Assembly (NCBI GenBank): GCA_963663545.1
Contig: OY760505.1
Span: 2,880,001-2,944,000 of the forward strand
Source: Candidatus Delongbacteria bacterium
GTDB lineage: Bacteria; CAIWAD01
Reading direction: 5' to 3'
DNA length: 64,000 bases
Part shown: piece after piece, positions 53,727 to 63,859 of the stretch
Position numbering within the stretch: the first letter of the stretch is position 1
Layout: every line of letters begins with the position of its first letter
Notes under the pieces: generated by a model
The model's input: the letters and a program-made list of their open reading frames with translations, nothing else
Told to the model about the DNA's origin: nothing
Databases searched by the model: none
Made by a program: the position numbers and the translations under genes

Positions 53727-54542
53727 TCAATAGAGGTTATCGGGGTAGTGGGTTCGAATGTGATCCACCGAACCGGCGCCGCTGGTGGAGATAGACAGCA
53801 GCTCGGGACTGCCGCTGTACTCTAATCCGCTAGAGCCACTGCAGCCCGCGGACAGCGTTTCCACGATATGCAGCTTTGCATCCGCAGCGCCCGACAATGC
53901 TACCGTGGCGTGATCTACAGTCAGGTTTTCAGCTTCAAGGCCTGAAGAGCCGGAGAGATCGAGAGACAAATTGTCTGCCACCCCGCTGGCGTTCACATCG
54001 CTGGCACCTGAGGCATCAAGATCCCAGTTGCTGCATTCCACATAGCCCAGGTTCAAGTCGCTGGCACCGCTGGCGTCAACTTCCAGACTGCTGCAAACAA
54101 GTCTGGCGATGGTGGCATCCGTAGCGCCGCTTAATTCGAACTCCAGCGAAGAGCACGTTACTGCATCGGCGTGCAGATCCACAGCGCCGGAAATGTTCAC
54201 GAAGTCCAGGCTTTCATCTACCGGCACGGTCAGTCGCATATCACACTTCGGGTTGTGATCTTCGCGGACACGCACATGAAGCACGCCGTTCTCAACTTCG
54301 CAACGCACGAGGGGCAGAAGATTATCATCGCACTCGACGCTGATGTGTCCGGGAGTGCCGCTGATCAATTCTACTGTCCAGACACCACCAACCGCGATGC
54401 CGTGATAGTCGTCCACATCGAAGTTGCCCTGCGCGGAAACACCGCTGCCACGAATTCCACTATCGAAATCCATGGCAAGGGCGCTGATGCTGGAAGAAAG
54501 CAGAACGGCCAGGCTTAGGGAGAAGAGAGAATTCTGTTGCAT
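53727..54542 (-). CDS. Head GIN/DUF2807 adhesin-like protein
   Basis: Signal peptide, DDNLLPLV..EVENGVL, repeated ASGAS beta-solenoid units, YSGSP. Confidence 0.85.
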   Translation of the reverse strand: MQQNSLFSLSLAVLLSSSISALAMDFDSGIRGSGVSAQGNFDVDDYHGIAVGGVWTVELISGTPGHISVECDDNLLPLVRCEVENGVLHVRVREDHNPKCDMRLTVPVDESLDFVNISGAVDLHADAVTCSSLEFELSGATDATIARLVCSSLEVDASGASDLNLGYVECSNWDLDASGASDVNASGVADNLSLDLSGSSGLEAENLTVDHATVALSGAADAKLHIVETLSAGCSGSSGLEYSGSPELLSISTSGAGSVDHIRTHYPDNLY

Positions 54543-54707
54543 GGGGTCCTCAATCATGCTGCCTGCGTAGTGCCGGCAAAGTGGCGGGAACTGACGGTGC
54601 TCGGTGTGGGAGGTTTCACTGAAAAAGAGAATATACTCCTCTTCTTCGCAAAAGGATCCAAAGAAAAGGGCCCCGTAGGGCCCTGGCGATACGCGATAGC
54701 TGAATTT

Positions 54708-55997
54708 TCAGCGCACCAGCAGCATCTTGCCTGTATGCATTTTATCCCCGACAAGTAGTGAGTAGAAGTAGACGCCGCTGGGAAGGTGGTTTGCAGTGAA
54801 GGTGACCCGCTTGCTTCCGGGATTCAGTGGACCCTGAATCAAGGTGTCAACCAGTCGACCGCGAAGATCGTGAACTTGCAGCTGCACTTCGGCAGGTGCT
54901 GGCAATGAGAAGCTGATCGTCGTTGTCGGATTGAAGGGGTTTGGATAGCAGCCAAGTTCGAAATTGCCTACATGAGGCGTGTTTATGGATGTCGCTCCAC
55001 CTTCGGTGATGTTTCGTGCTACGCGGAAGCCAAATGTTCCGCTGTACCAAGGGTAGGTGCCGCCGAAGTGTTCGGGGGGTCGCGATACGCGACAGTATTG
55101 CCTGAGCAAGTAATCGTAATCCAGGCGTGACGACCAAGATCCGCCTTTTAAAACGCGCTCTGTCCCCTGGCTTGGCCCCTTTGGATCAATCAGCGCTGTG
55201 TTGCTGGTTGGCGCGTACCAGTCGTTGGTCCACTCGAGCATGTTACCGGCCATGTCCTGCAGCCCCAGTTCACATTGCCCGGTCTCGTGAATGCCAACGG
55301 GCATGCTCCAGCCGTTACAATAGGCGTCCGGCCGGCAGTTCGCGTAGTAGCAGTCTGGCGTTTCTTCGCCCCAGGGATAGGTTCTCGAGTCCGGCCAGCG
55401 TGAAGCGTATTCCCACTCCGCCTCTGTAGGCAGATAGTAGCCTTCTGCCAGATAAGGATTATGCTCTTCCGAAACCGACCAGTCGCCGTTGTAGAAAGGG
55501 GGCAGATTTTCCATCTGGCTTAACCAGTCGCAGTAGGTGGCCGCTCCGTACCAGGTAACCATGCCTACCGGATGGGTCGCGGGATCGTAGCCGTAAGGGT
55601 AGGCCATTCCGGGTCCCCAATCGCCATTGCCAATTCCCGTTGGCGAATGCAGGATGAATGTGGACGTCGTCTCATCGTAGACGAATTCGTGAAAATCGTC
55701 TTCCCAGTCGTTCCACACGTGAGTTCGGCACAGGGGTACTCCGTGTTGATACACATACTCCCCGTCGATGCTGATCAGCTCTTGGGAGTTGGCCCAGTTC
55801 AGAGCCTCCAAGAACTGTTCATTCGTGATTTCAGTTCTGGCCAGCTGGTAGTCTGAGCTGAGAGTTACTTCATAAGGGACAAGCGCATAGAAGTTTGCGC
55901 CTAATCTCTGGGTCCCCGCCGGAACCTGCAGCATCTCTATACCTAAGGCAGTGCCGACCACGAGCAGGGCCGTACTGCAAAGTAGCGTGTGTTTCAT
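54708..55997 (-). CDS. FGE/SUMF1-fold protein with a C-terminal sorting domain
   Basis: TEITNEQF, LPTEAEWEYA, DMAGNMLEW, KGGSW, GFRVAR, PNPFNPTT tail. Confidence 0.88.
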   Translation of the reverse strand: MKHTLLCSTALLVVGTALGIEMLQVPAGTQRLGANFYALVPYEVTLSSDYQLARTEITNEQFLEALNWANSQELISIDGEYVYQHGVPLCRTHVWNDWEDDFHEFVYDETTSTFILHSPTGIGNGDWGPGMAYPYGYDPATHPVGMVTWYGAATYCDWLSQMENLPPFYNGDWSVSEEHNPYLAEGYYLPTEAEWEYASRWPDSRTYPWGEETPDCYYANCRPDAYCNGWSMPVGIHETGQCELGLQDMAGNMLEWTNDWYAPTSNTALIDPKGPSQGTERVLKGGSWSSRLDYDYLLRQYCRVSRPPEHFGGTYPWYSGTFGFRVARNITEGGATSINTPHVGNFELGCYPNPFNPTTTISFSLPAPAEVQLQVHDLRGRLVDTLIQGPLNPGSKRVTFTANHLPSGVYFYSLLVGDKMHTGKMLLVR

Positions 55998-56101
55998 TGT
56001 CCCTCCGAGTGTGAATCGTGTGAGTAATGGGCAATAGGTACTTCTATCCTATACCAGAAGCAATCAAAAAGTGGGCCTCCTGTGATATCGGCTCGCTTGA
56101 G

Positions 56102-57115
56102 CTAATGCAGCGTCCGTGCGATACGAAAACCGTAAGTACCAGAGTAGAAAGGGACACCGCTGGGGCGTTCTGCGGGGACAGCCCAACGGTTTGCACAGAT
56201 CATATCATTGTCGACGGTGTTATCGATGCGCGCACCCCAACTGCCACCTTTCGTCAGCTTCTTCTCGCCCATCGCCGGTCCAATGGGATCGAGCTGCGGA
56301 CTTCGATCAGGAAGATAGTCCCAGTCGTTTGTGTATTCCAGCACATTGCCTGCCATATCAAGCAAGCCAAGCGCAGATTCCCCAAGTGGAAAACTGCCCA
56401 CAGGACAGGTCCACCCGACGCAGTAGTCGGGAAAGATCGGGCGGCAGTTGGCGTGGCTACAATCGGGATCTCCGTCGCCCCAGGGAAACAAGCGACCGTC
56501 GGGCCAGCGCGCCGCATATTCCCATTCCGCTTCCGTCGGGAGTCGATAGCCTTCGGCACTCACGGGATTGTGCTCAGCGTCGTTTGACCAATTACAATTG
56601 TAGTAGGGTGCGAGGCCTTCCTGCATACTCAGATAGTCACAGAATAATGCTGCCCCGTACCAGGTCGCAAACACTACCGGGTGATCCAAGGGGAGATAGC
56701 CATTTGGAAAGGCCACATCCGGTCCCCAGTTCGACATTTGTCCACGTCCGGCGCGTACCTGGAAATGCTGCGTCGAGGGTTCGAAGTAGATTTCGCTCGT
56801 CAGATATCGGTCCAGACGCAACTGGTAGATCGGATTCTCTGCCCAGAATAGCATGCCGTCTTCTTCGTGGATCAAGCTTTGCTGCCAGGCCCAATCCAGA
56901 AAAGCCACAAACTGGGAATTGCTGATCTCGGTAAGGCTCAGTAGATAGGGATGACTAATCGTTACGCTACGCGGTGGAGCATGCCGACCTTCGCCGCCAA
57001 GCTCTAGTGTTCCAGCGGGAACGTGGACGAATTCGGGAAGCACCACACCTTCGAGACCAAAGGAGGAAGACACCAGTGCAAGAAGAGCTATCGCAGAAAG
57101 AAGGCGCATGATCAT
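56102..57115 (-). CDS. FGE/SUMF1-fold secreted protein
   Basis: Signal peptide, RLPTEAEWEYAAR, DMAGNV, KGGSW, GFRIAR. Confidence 0.88.
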   Translation of the reverse strand: MIMRLLSAIALLALVSSSFGLEGVVLPEFVHVPAGTLELGGEGRHAPPRSVTISHPYLLSLTEISNSQFVAFLDWAWQQSLIHEEDGMLFWAENPIYQLRLDRYLTSEIYFEPSTQHFQVRAGRGQMSNWGPDVAFPNGYLPLDHPVVFATWYGAALFCDYLSMQEGLAPYYNCNWSNDAEHNPVSAEGYRLPTEAEWEYAARWPDGRLFPWGDGDPDCSHANCRPIFPDYCVGWTCPVGSFPLGESALGLLDMAGNVLEYTNDWDYLPDRSPQLDPIGPAMGEKKLTKGGSWGARIDNTVDNDMICANRWAVPAERPSGVPFYSGTYGFRIARTLH

Positions 57116-57126
57116 GGCTGGCAGGG

Positions 57127-57666
57127 CTACTCTTTCTTTTGCAGTCTCACGATATAGCAGCGGTCGGTCAGCAGTCGGAGGAAGGGACGCGGCCCGCGTA
57201 AATACTTCCACCAAGGCTTGTACAGGATGCGATACTCTTCCACAGCCTGTAACCCAGCTTTGTGAAATAGGAATTCTAGTTGGGCATAATCAAACTCTAC
57301 GACGTGATTTCCTGCACGAAAAGCCGGTGGTCGCCAAGGACTGATTATGGGTGTGGAGAGCCAAATGCTGCCGTCATCGGCCAGACTGTCAGCCATTTCC
57401 TTCAGCAGAAGCAGGGGGTTTCCCAAGTGTTCAAGCACTTCGAAGCATAGAATCGAGCCCCACCTGCCCGTGATTCCTCCCCAGTCCAGATCGTGACTTG
57501 TACTGCTGATACTAGCGCCCAACTCCTTGGCCAGACGATGCGTCCAGACGTTTTCGCCAATATCGAGAACCGGACCCTGCAGTCCATCCCGCTTCAGCAG
57601 CGCCTCCGTAAAGGACTGTCGCTTCGGATTCTGGAAGTGATCCGGGTTGTGCATGGGGTCAATCAT
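57127..57666 (-). CDS. Class I SAM-dependent methyltransferase
   Basis: VLDIG, CFEVLEHL, LSTP. Confidence 0.8.
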   Translation of the reverse strand: MIDPMHNPDHFQNPKRQSFTEALLKRDGLQGPVLDIGENVWTHRLAKELGASISSTSHDLDWGGITGRWGSILCFEVLEHLGNPLLLLKEMADSLADDGSIWLSTPIISPWRPPAFRAGNHVVEFDYAQLEFLFHKAGLQAVEEYRILYKPWWKYLRGPRPFLRLLTDRCYIVRLQKKE

Positions 57667-58853
57667 TGCTTTCCCTTCGGCTTATGCCACCCTAGCGAAG
57701 GAAAGGATCGCCACTGCCAGCGTGTTCCACTGTGCAGGACTCTTTCGTCGATTTCCGCCAGGATCAGTGTTCTAAACCAGGTGGACCAGATATCGGAGGC
57801 ATCTGTTGGACAGCGTAGGCTTTCCAGGCCGGAATAGGTCCATGTATCACGTTTCCCTGCAAGATCCAGGAGTCGGCCGCGCAGCAGGCGCAGGTTTTCA
57901 CCAGGCGAGAGCGAAGGCTTGAAGTTGCGTATCACAAAACCAAGCCCACCTTGCTTTCGCGCCCAACAAAAGCCGCCATCCATATTCCGATCGGCTATGA
58001 CAGCACTTGCGCAGCGCAACAGTGTCGCCTCGTCTTTTGTATCACCGAGTTTGACCAGCAAGTCAACACAATCAAAATCCTCACATGCTCCTCCGCCTCG
58101 CGAGTGAGCAAAAAAACCCTGAGAGGTTTGCAGCTTGCGTGTCCAGTACAGAAGCCGCTCGCCGCGTGGCACCGGCATGCCCGAGGCCAGGAAGAAAAAG
58201 ATGAAGTGATACGCGCCGTAAATCGCATTGTACACGCGACAACGGGGCTTGATACCCCATAAGCCGGTTTCGGGGTCCTGAACCTCCCGCAACCAATCAA
58301 GTCCCGTGTGATACAAGTGCAGCCAGCGCTCATCACCGGTTAAGGCGTATTCGTGCTCTAACAGGTATAAGGCAAACATCACCTTGTTGGATTCGCGCCA
58401 CGGATCACGCCAGTCCAGAGCCGTGAAGTAGTCGCGAAGCTTGGCCGGATTCTCCCAGCGATGCAGAAGTTGTATCACACTGACGGGCTTGCCAAGCAAA
58501 CGCAGTGCCTGCAGTGCGAAGTGGCTCTGCTGCAAAGCAATGTACTCGCGATCATGCCGTGGCCCCAGAGCCTCGCGATCCAGATTGATGTCAAACAGTC
58601 CGGAGTTTGTGTCACGCCAGGAAAGCAGCCGCTCGATGATGTTATCGGCCTCCGCTGAACTTGGCAGGGGAAGATCGCCATGCAGCTCGCGTAGGAACAC
58701 GGCAAACGCAGTGGAAAGGGGATGAACGGGCGCGTCCTGCCACAGACGATATCCGCCGGAACCATCCGCAAGGCCAGCCAGCCAGCGCAGACTTTCGTCG
58801 CGGAAGCGGGGATCAGCAAGACACGCGCGCAGCGACTCATAGGTGGCAGACAT
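57663..58853 (-). CDS. Prenyltransferase/squalene-oxidase-repeat-like protein
   Basis: Repeated WL...QDPETGLW, LQTSQGFF, RNMDGGF motifs; ACEDFD. Confidence 0.6.
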   Translation of the reverse strand: MSATYESLRACLADPRFRDESLRWLAGLADGSGGYRLWQDAPVHPLSTAFAVFLRELHGDLPLPSSAEADNIIERLLSWRDTNSGLFDINLDREALGPRHDREYIALQQSHFALQALRLLGKPVSVIQLLHRWENPAKLRDYFTALDWRDPWRESNKVMFALYLLEHEYALTGDERWLHLYHTGLDWLREVQDPETGLWGIKPRCRVYNAIYGAYHFIFFFLASGMPVPRGERLLYWTRKLQTSQGFFAHSRGGGACEDFDCVDLLVKLGDTKDEATLLRCASAVIADRNMDGGFCWARKQGGLGFVIRNFKPSLSPGENLRLLRGRLLDLAGKRDTWTYSGLESLRCPTDASDIWSTWFRTLILAEIDERVLHSGTRWQWRSFPSLGWHKPKGKQ

Positions 58854-58958
58854 TGCACTCCTTCTTTCCATGCGGGTTATCTCCCGCGATGCAAAAGGAT
58901 ATATTAACGAAAGCTGGCTGCTGTGAGTGTCCCTTTGCAGCAGTGATCCGGCCTGTTG

Positions 58959-59945
58959 ATGATGATGGCAAAGAGGTACGCCTTGCGTCTTACGGTTTTG
59001 CTAGCGGTCTACAATGGAGCAGACGAGCTTCCACGCACCCTCGACTCTTTACTGTGCCAGGAGTTCACCGAGTTTGAGCTCCTCGTGGTCGATGATGGCA
59101 GTAGCGATGGATCAGGGGATGTAGCACGCAGTTTTGGTGATACAAGAATTCGCGTGATACGCCAGGAGAATCAGGGCCTGACGAGAGCACTGAATCACGG
59201 TATCCAAGAGGCGCGAGGCGAGTTGCTTGCACGCATCGACTGCGGGGATATGTGTCACCATGAGCGCCTGGCACGGCAGGTGGAGCTATTGGATTCACAT
59301 CCCGAGTTTCTCATGACGGGCTGCCGTGTGCGACGGGTCAGTAGCGAAGGAGAGCCACTTGGTGAGTCCGAGGTAATCACCGATCCAAAGCAGATTTACA
59401 GCGGATTGTTGCGCATCAATCTGTTTCAGCATTCCTCAATCATGGTCAGACGTGCTGCACTTCTTGCGCTTGGCGGTTACCGCGAGTTCTTTCGTTGCAG
59501 TCAGGATTATGATCTCTTTCTGCGGTTGAGCGAAATCGGCCAGCTGACCAATCTTCCGCAAACTCTATCCGACTGGGTGATGAACCCCGAATCCATCAGT
59601 TTCCGGAGGAGGCCGCTTCAGGCTGCCTACGCTGACATTGCACGACAATGTGCGCAGTTCCGGCGAAAGGGCGGTGTAGATCCAGTGGATGCTGGTTCTG
59701 TGTCACAGCCCGATTGTGAAGATTTAAGTCCGGCCGCCAGGCGTCGTGCATACTCATTGGAAGTAGCCCGTGCTGCCTTGATGGGGAACCGAACGCGCCG
59801 CGCTCGTCAGGAGTTGTCTGAATTGAATAAGCACGGTGGCCTGGGATATCGCGAATTTGCACTGTTGTGTTACAGCCTGCTTCCTGAACCGCTGCGAAAT
59901 GTAGTACGCGCCTACCGAGTGAGAAGATTGGTGGGGGTGCAATGA
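58959..59945 (+). CDS. GT2 glycosyltransferase
   Basis: VYN, VVDDGSSD, NQGL..ALN, RIDCGD, QDYDL. Confidence 0.92.
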   Translation: MMMAKRYALRLTVLLAVYNGADELPRTLDSLLCQEFTEFELLVVDDGSSDGSGDVARSFGDTRIRVIRQENQGLTRALNHGIQEARGELLARIDCGDMCHHERLARQVELLDSHPEFLMTGCRVRRVSSEGEPLGESEVITDPKQIYSGLLRINLFQHSSIMVRRAALLALGGYREFFRCSQDYDLFLRLSEIGQLTNLPQTLSDWVMNPESISFRRRPLQAAYADIARQCAQFRRKGGVDPVDAGSVSQPDCEDLSPAARRRAYSLEVARAALMGNRTRRARQELSELNKHGGLGYREFALLCYSLLPEPLRNVVRAYRVRRLVGVQ

Positions 59946-61450
59946 GCGCACAAGCCGATCTGCGAGCTGCTGGTGGACTTGCTGCTGCACGACTAGGTGC
60001 GAGGATACTGGGGCTGCTTTCTGGTGTCATTGTATCACGAATCCTGGGACCGGAGCGCTTAGGATTGTTGGCGTTGCCAAACCAGTTGATTCTTATCGCA
60101 CCGCTGTTAACGATGGGATTTGCCGATGCTCTTGTGCGTTTGCTGCCCATGGCAAAGGCCACTCCGTCGGAGTACAAAGCCTTGCGTGAAAGCTCCCTTG
60201 GCGTGGGCCTGCTACTAGGGGGTGTATTAGTGCTGGTGGCGCTGGGACAGTGGTCTTTGAATCAGAGCTTCCCATCGCCCAATTTTACCCTTGCTGTACT
60301 TGCAATTTTCTGTGGTGCGGGGAACTACCTCTTCAAGTTCTTCTACTGCGACCTTTCGGGAACACACAGCTTTCGAACGCTGGCGTGGGCGCAGTTCCTG
60401 CACGGCTTGATTCGCGTGGGACTTGTATTAACACTGCTGGTTCTTCTTCCTGAACCTTGGCGCTTGTATGCGCTCTACGCAGGCATGCTAATCAGTTTCA
60501 CCTTTGTCGATGGCTGGCTTGTGATACGTTGGCTGCGAGAGTTGCGCTTTCGCATTCAAGCACATAGCTGCGACCTGTTGTTTCGCCAGGGCATTGCGAT
60601 CTCAATGGTTGCGCTAACAAACACCATGCTTGCCACAGCAGATCGTCTTGTTGTATCACGGATTTTTGAGCCGCACGCACTGGGCTTGTTTGAACAGTCG
60701 GTGCTTCTGCGAGAGGCGCTGCTTCTGATGCCAAGTGTGCTGATGACGGTTTTTATTCCAGGATATTCGCGCGGCGTGGCCGAGAAGAAGGCGACGGATG
60801 AAATGGCCCGGGTAATGATGCGGCAGAATCTGCTTTTACTGGTGGCCCTCCTGCCTTTGCTCGGACTGGGATTCATCAATCTGCCATGGATTCTACATCT
60901 GCTCCTACCGAACTACATCCAGGGTGCGGAACTGTACCAGTGGACTTGCGTCGCTGCAATTCCACTGATCGTGGCATACTTGCCTTTGTCGCTATTGATC
61001 AGCGTCGGCAAGCCCTGGCGCGTGGCCTTTGGCGGTATGCTGGCCATTGTGATGGCGTTGCTACTGGACTGGCAGATGCTGGGGCCGCTGGATCTGCTGC
61101 CTGCACTGCAGAATCAGATTCTCGCTTGGAGCGTGTATTGCTGCCTGCTGTTTGTCTTTGTGATACAATTGTTACCCCGTATTCGTCAGGGAATTCCCTG
61201 GATCCTGGCCAATGTTGCGAGTGTGGCCTGGTTAGTGCTGGCCTTGTTTTACAGTCGCTGTTGGTCGCAGTTGCTGGCTGGTGAGCAAACTGGCTTCATG
61301 TACTACATCTGGCGCAATCTGCTGCTGTTATTGGGGTATCTGCCTGTTCTGTACCTCTATGCGAAGCTGAGCGGACGCAGCACAACATTTCGGCGAATGC
61401 TGAGACCACATTTCCGGCGGGAGTCGGATCACCATTCCAAGGAGGGTTAG
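59942..61450 (+). CDS. Wzx-like polysaccharide flippase
   Basis: SRILGPE..G, many TM helices, DRLVV...LGLF. Confidence 0.8.
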   Translation: MSAQADLRAAGGLAAARLGARILGLLSGVIVSRILGPERLGLLALPNQLILIAPLLTMGFADALVRLLPMAKATPSEYKALRESSLGVGLLLGGVLVLVALGQWSLNQSFPSPNFTLAVLAIFCGAGNYLFKFFYCDLSGTHSFRTLAWAQFLHGLIRVGLVLTLLVLLPEPWRLYALYAGMLISFTFVDGWLVIRWLRELRFRIQAHSCDLLFRQGIAISMVALTNTMLATADRLVVSRIFEPHALGLFEQSVLLREALLLMPSVLMTVFIPGYSRGVAEKKATDEMARVMMRQNLLLLVALLPLLGLGFINLPWILHLLLPNYIQGAELYQWTCVAAIPLIVAYLPLSLLISVGKPWRVAFGGMLAIVMALLLDWQMLGPLDLLPALQNQILAWSVYCCLLFVFVIQLLPRIRQGIPWILANVASVAWLVLALFYSRCWSQLLAGEQTGFMYYIWRNLLLLLGYLPVLYLYAKLSGRSTTFRRMLRPHFRRESDHHSKEG

Positions 61451-63859
61451 GTGAAGGAGAGAGTACGCAACCTCTGGCCGCTGGCTCTGTTTCTAGCAGT
61501 CGCTTTGATTGTTCTGGCGCCGATTTTCTCGGGGAAGTCGCTGGTTCCCGCTGATACCCTTAAATCCATGCCCTTTTCAAAGTTTGGAGCAGAGCAGTTC
61601 TTCCAGCACGGTCGAATCGCCCAGTGGATTCCCTACGTGTTTGGTGGCATGCCGTGTTACGGCAGTGTGATGGTGACGCCAAGCTATTTGGTATCTGTGC
61701 TGTTCACTTGGCTGCTGGGGCTCTTCATTCCTTTCTGCAAGGATCCTTTGGCGCAACACCTTTTTCATCTGGTCTTGATGGGATGGGGCAGCGTGCTCTA
61801 TCTGCGTTTGACAGGCGTCGAGCGCAGGGTCGGCGTTGTCATCGGCGCCAATCTGATTCTGATGACTACGCTAGCCGGTCTCATGGGGGCCGGTCACACC
61901 ATCAAGCTCTGGACCGTCTGCTGGATGCCGCTGGGTCTCTACTGGCTAGAGCGGCTGATTCGGGAGAAGAGCTGGCGCAATCTGGCTCCTGCGGCTTTGG
62001 TGTTGGGCATGATGATGACCGCAAAACATGTGCAGATGACCTGGTACTTCCTGATTCTGGCAGGACTCTACGCACTTGTCCGCGTGATACAAAACTCTAC
62101 CGACAATAAAGAGCGTGCACTTTCTCTGTTGCGCGCCGCACTCTGGGTAGCATTGGGATTTGGCTTGGCGGCCTTTCTCTATTTGCCTGTATTGGAGTAC
62201 AGTGGAATTAGCATGCGTGCCGGTGATCAACTTGCGGTTGCTGGCGGACAGTATGCGGCGGCTTACTCCTATCCACCTGGAGATCTGCTCAGCTGGCTGG
62301 TTCCCGGAGCGCGTGGTTTTGGCGGTTCCAACTATTGGGGCGCGCTCGAGTACACGGCTTTTCCGCTCTACATGGGTGTGCTCTGGCTGCCGCTCTTCGT
62401 CTTGACAGCTATGGATTCGCGTCGTCGTCGCTGGATCTGGGCCGGTCTGCCCGCGATGATCGTGCTTTTTTTCATCGGCATTGGAGAGCACAATCCGCTC
62501 TTCCAGGTTTTCGTTGACTATCTGCCCTTGTTCGGCAAGTTCCGTGCTCATATGTGGGCCATCGCACCCTTACAGTTGATGCTGGTTCTGATTGCCGGTC
62601 AGGGACTGCAGTCGTTGGTTAGCGCATACGCAGAAGGTGCAGCGTCCAAACGCAGGATTCAGCTCCTGCTGGGTACGGGCGTTCTGCTCTTGGCGCTGGC
62701 CGGTATCGCTCTGCAGACGGCGCCCTCTCCTGACCAACCGTTGGCTCCCGGTGATAGCTATGTCGCACCCATGGATCAGCAACGCGCCGTGTATTACATG
62801 CGCCAGCAGGGCATTCAGCCCAACCAGCAGCAACTGAGTCAGCTAATGGGCATTCTGCGCGCACCTCGTGCCGAGATGTATCACAAGGATCTGGCAAGAA
62901 CTCTGGCTTTGCTGGGCGTTATGATGTTGCTTGCCGGGGCGCTGGCCTCAGGCAGAATCAAACCCGCGCATCTGTTGGCGGCTTTGCTTTTGCTGCTGAT
63001 CGTCGACTTGCTGCCAATGGACTTGCGTACCATGAACTGGGAGAAGGCGCGTGATCCCGCTGCCTGGTTCCAGCCTACCGGCGCCATGCGTGAGCTCGCG
63101 AAGATGCCGGACAAGCAGGAGTTTCGCGTCTGGCCAAAAGACGGCTACAGCCACAACGAGGCAGCCTGGTACGGACTGCATTCCATCAGTGGCTATCACG
63201 GAGCTAAACTGGCCGTGATGCAGGAGCTGCTGGCGACAGCCGATCAGCAGTCCGGCGGCTTGCTGCACCCGCATTTGCTGGATCTGCTCAACGTGCGCTA
63301 CGTGCTTAGTCGTTCGCAGTTGCCGGGTTTTGAAATGCTGGGCAGTTACAGTGATGGTGTGCTTCTGGCCAACAAGGATGCACTGCCGCGCCTGAGTTTC
63401 CCCACCCAGATCGAGGTGCTACCCGCCGAGCAACACTTGGCACGTATCACGAGCGGGACTTTCGATCCGCACCAGCAGGTGCTGTTGGAGCAGGATCCGG
63501 GTCTGGGGTCGTCCGGCGGAGAGGCCATTGGTCGTATCGAGAGCTACGAGCCTGAGCGCATTCGCTATCGCATCGTAAACAGCAGTCCGACACTGGCCTT
63601 GCTCTCGGAGATCTGGGTTCCTAAGGGGTGGACGGCTACGTTGGACGGCAAGCGTGTACCCCTTCTTCGCGCCGATCATTGCCTGCGCGCAGTTCCTGTG
63701 GAGGCCACGGGCGAGCACGAGCTTGAACTGGTGTACCGTCCAATGGGGTGGATCTGGGGAATCCGCCTGAGCCTGCTTTCGCTACTGCTTGTCGCCAGCC
63801 TGTATTGGGGGCCGGTCTTGTTGAGCAGACGCAGTACGAGCTTGCACCGGGACAGCTAG
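61451..63859 (+). CDS. YfhO-family GT-C membrane glycosyltransferase
   Basis: W.PY.FGGMP, GYHGAKL, LLNVRY, SEIW.PKGW.ATLDG...ADH.LR. Confidence 0.85.
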   Translation: MKERVRNLWPLALFLAVALIVLAPIFSGKSLVPADTLKSMPFSKFGAEQFFQHGRIAQWIPYVFGGMPCYGSVMVTPSYLVSVLFTWLLGLFIPFCKDPLAQHLFHLVLMGWGSVLYLRLTGVERRVGVVIGANLILMTTLAGLMGAGHTIKLWTVCWMPLGLYWLERLIREKSWRNLAPAALVLGMMMTAKHVQMTWYFLILAGLYALVRVIQNSTDNKERALSLLRAALWVALGFGLAAFLYLPVLEYSGISMRAGDQLAVAGGQYAAAYSYPPGDLLSWLVPGARGFGGSNYWGALEYTAFPLYMGVLWLPLFVLTAMDSRRRRWIWAGLPAMIVLFFIGIGEHNPLFQVFVDYLPLFGKFRAHMWAIAPLQLMLVLIAGQGLQSLVSAYAEGAASKRRIQLLLGTGVLLLALAGIALQTAPSPDQPLAPGDSYVAPMDQQRAVYYMRQQGIQPNQQQLSQLMGILRAPRAEMYHKDLARTLALLGVMMLLAGALASGRIKPAHLLAALLLLLIVDLLPMDLRTMNWEKARDPAAWFQPTGAMRELAKMPDKQEFRVWPKDGYSHNEAAWYGLHSISGYHGAKLAVMQELLATADQQSGGLLHPHLLDLLNVRYVLSRSQLPGFEMLGSYSDGVLLANKDALPRLSFPTQIEVLPAEQHLARITSGTFDPHQQVLLEQDPGLGSSGGEAIGRIESYEPERIRYRIVNSSPTLALLSEIWVPKGWTATLDGKRVPLLRADHCLRAVPVEATGEHELELVYRPMGWIWGIRLSLLSLLLVASLYWGPVLLSRRSTSLHRDS

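Noticed and set aside
54708..57115. Diversity-generating retroelement
   Set aside because: FGE-fold targets are present, but there is no reverse transcriptase or near-identical TR/VR pair in the window
15400..63500. GTGATAC as a KOPS/Chi-like polar motif, DnaA box or CRP half-site
   Set aside because: It occurs on both strands about equally, does not match TGTGGATAA, and mostly lies inside CDSs without a second half-site
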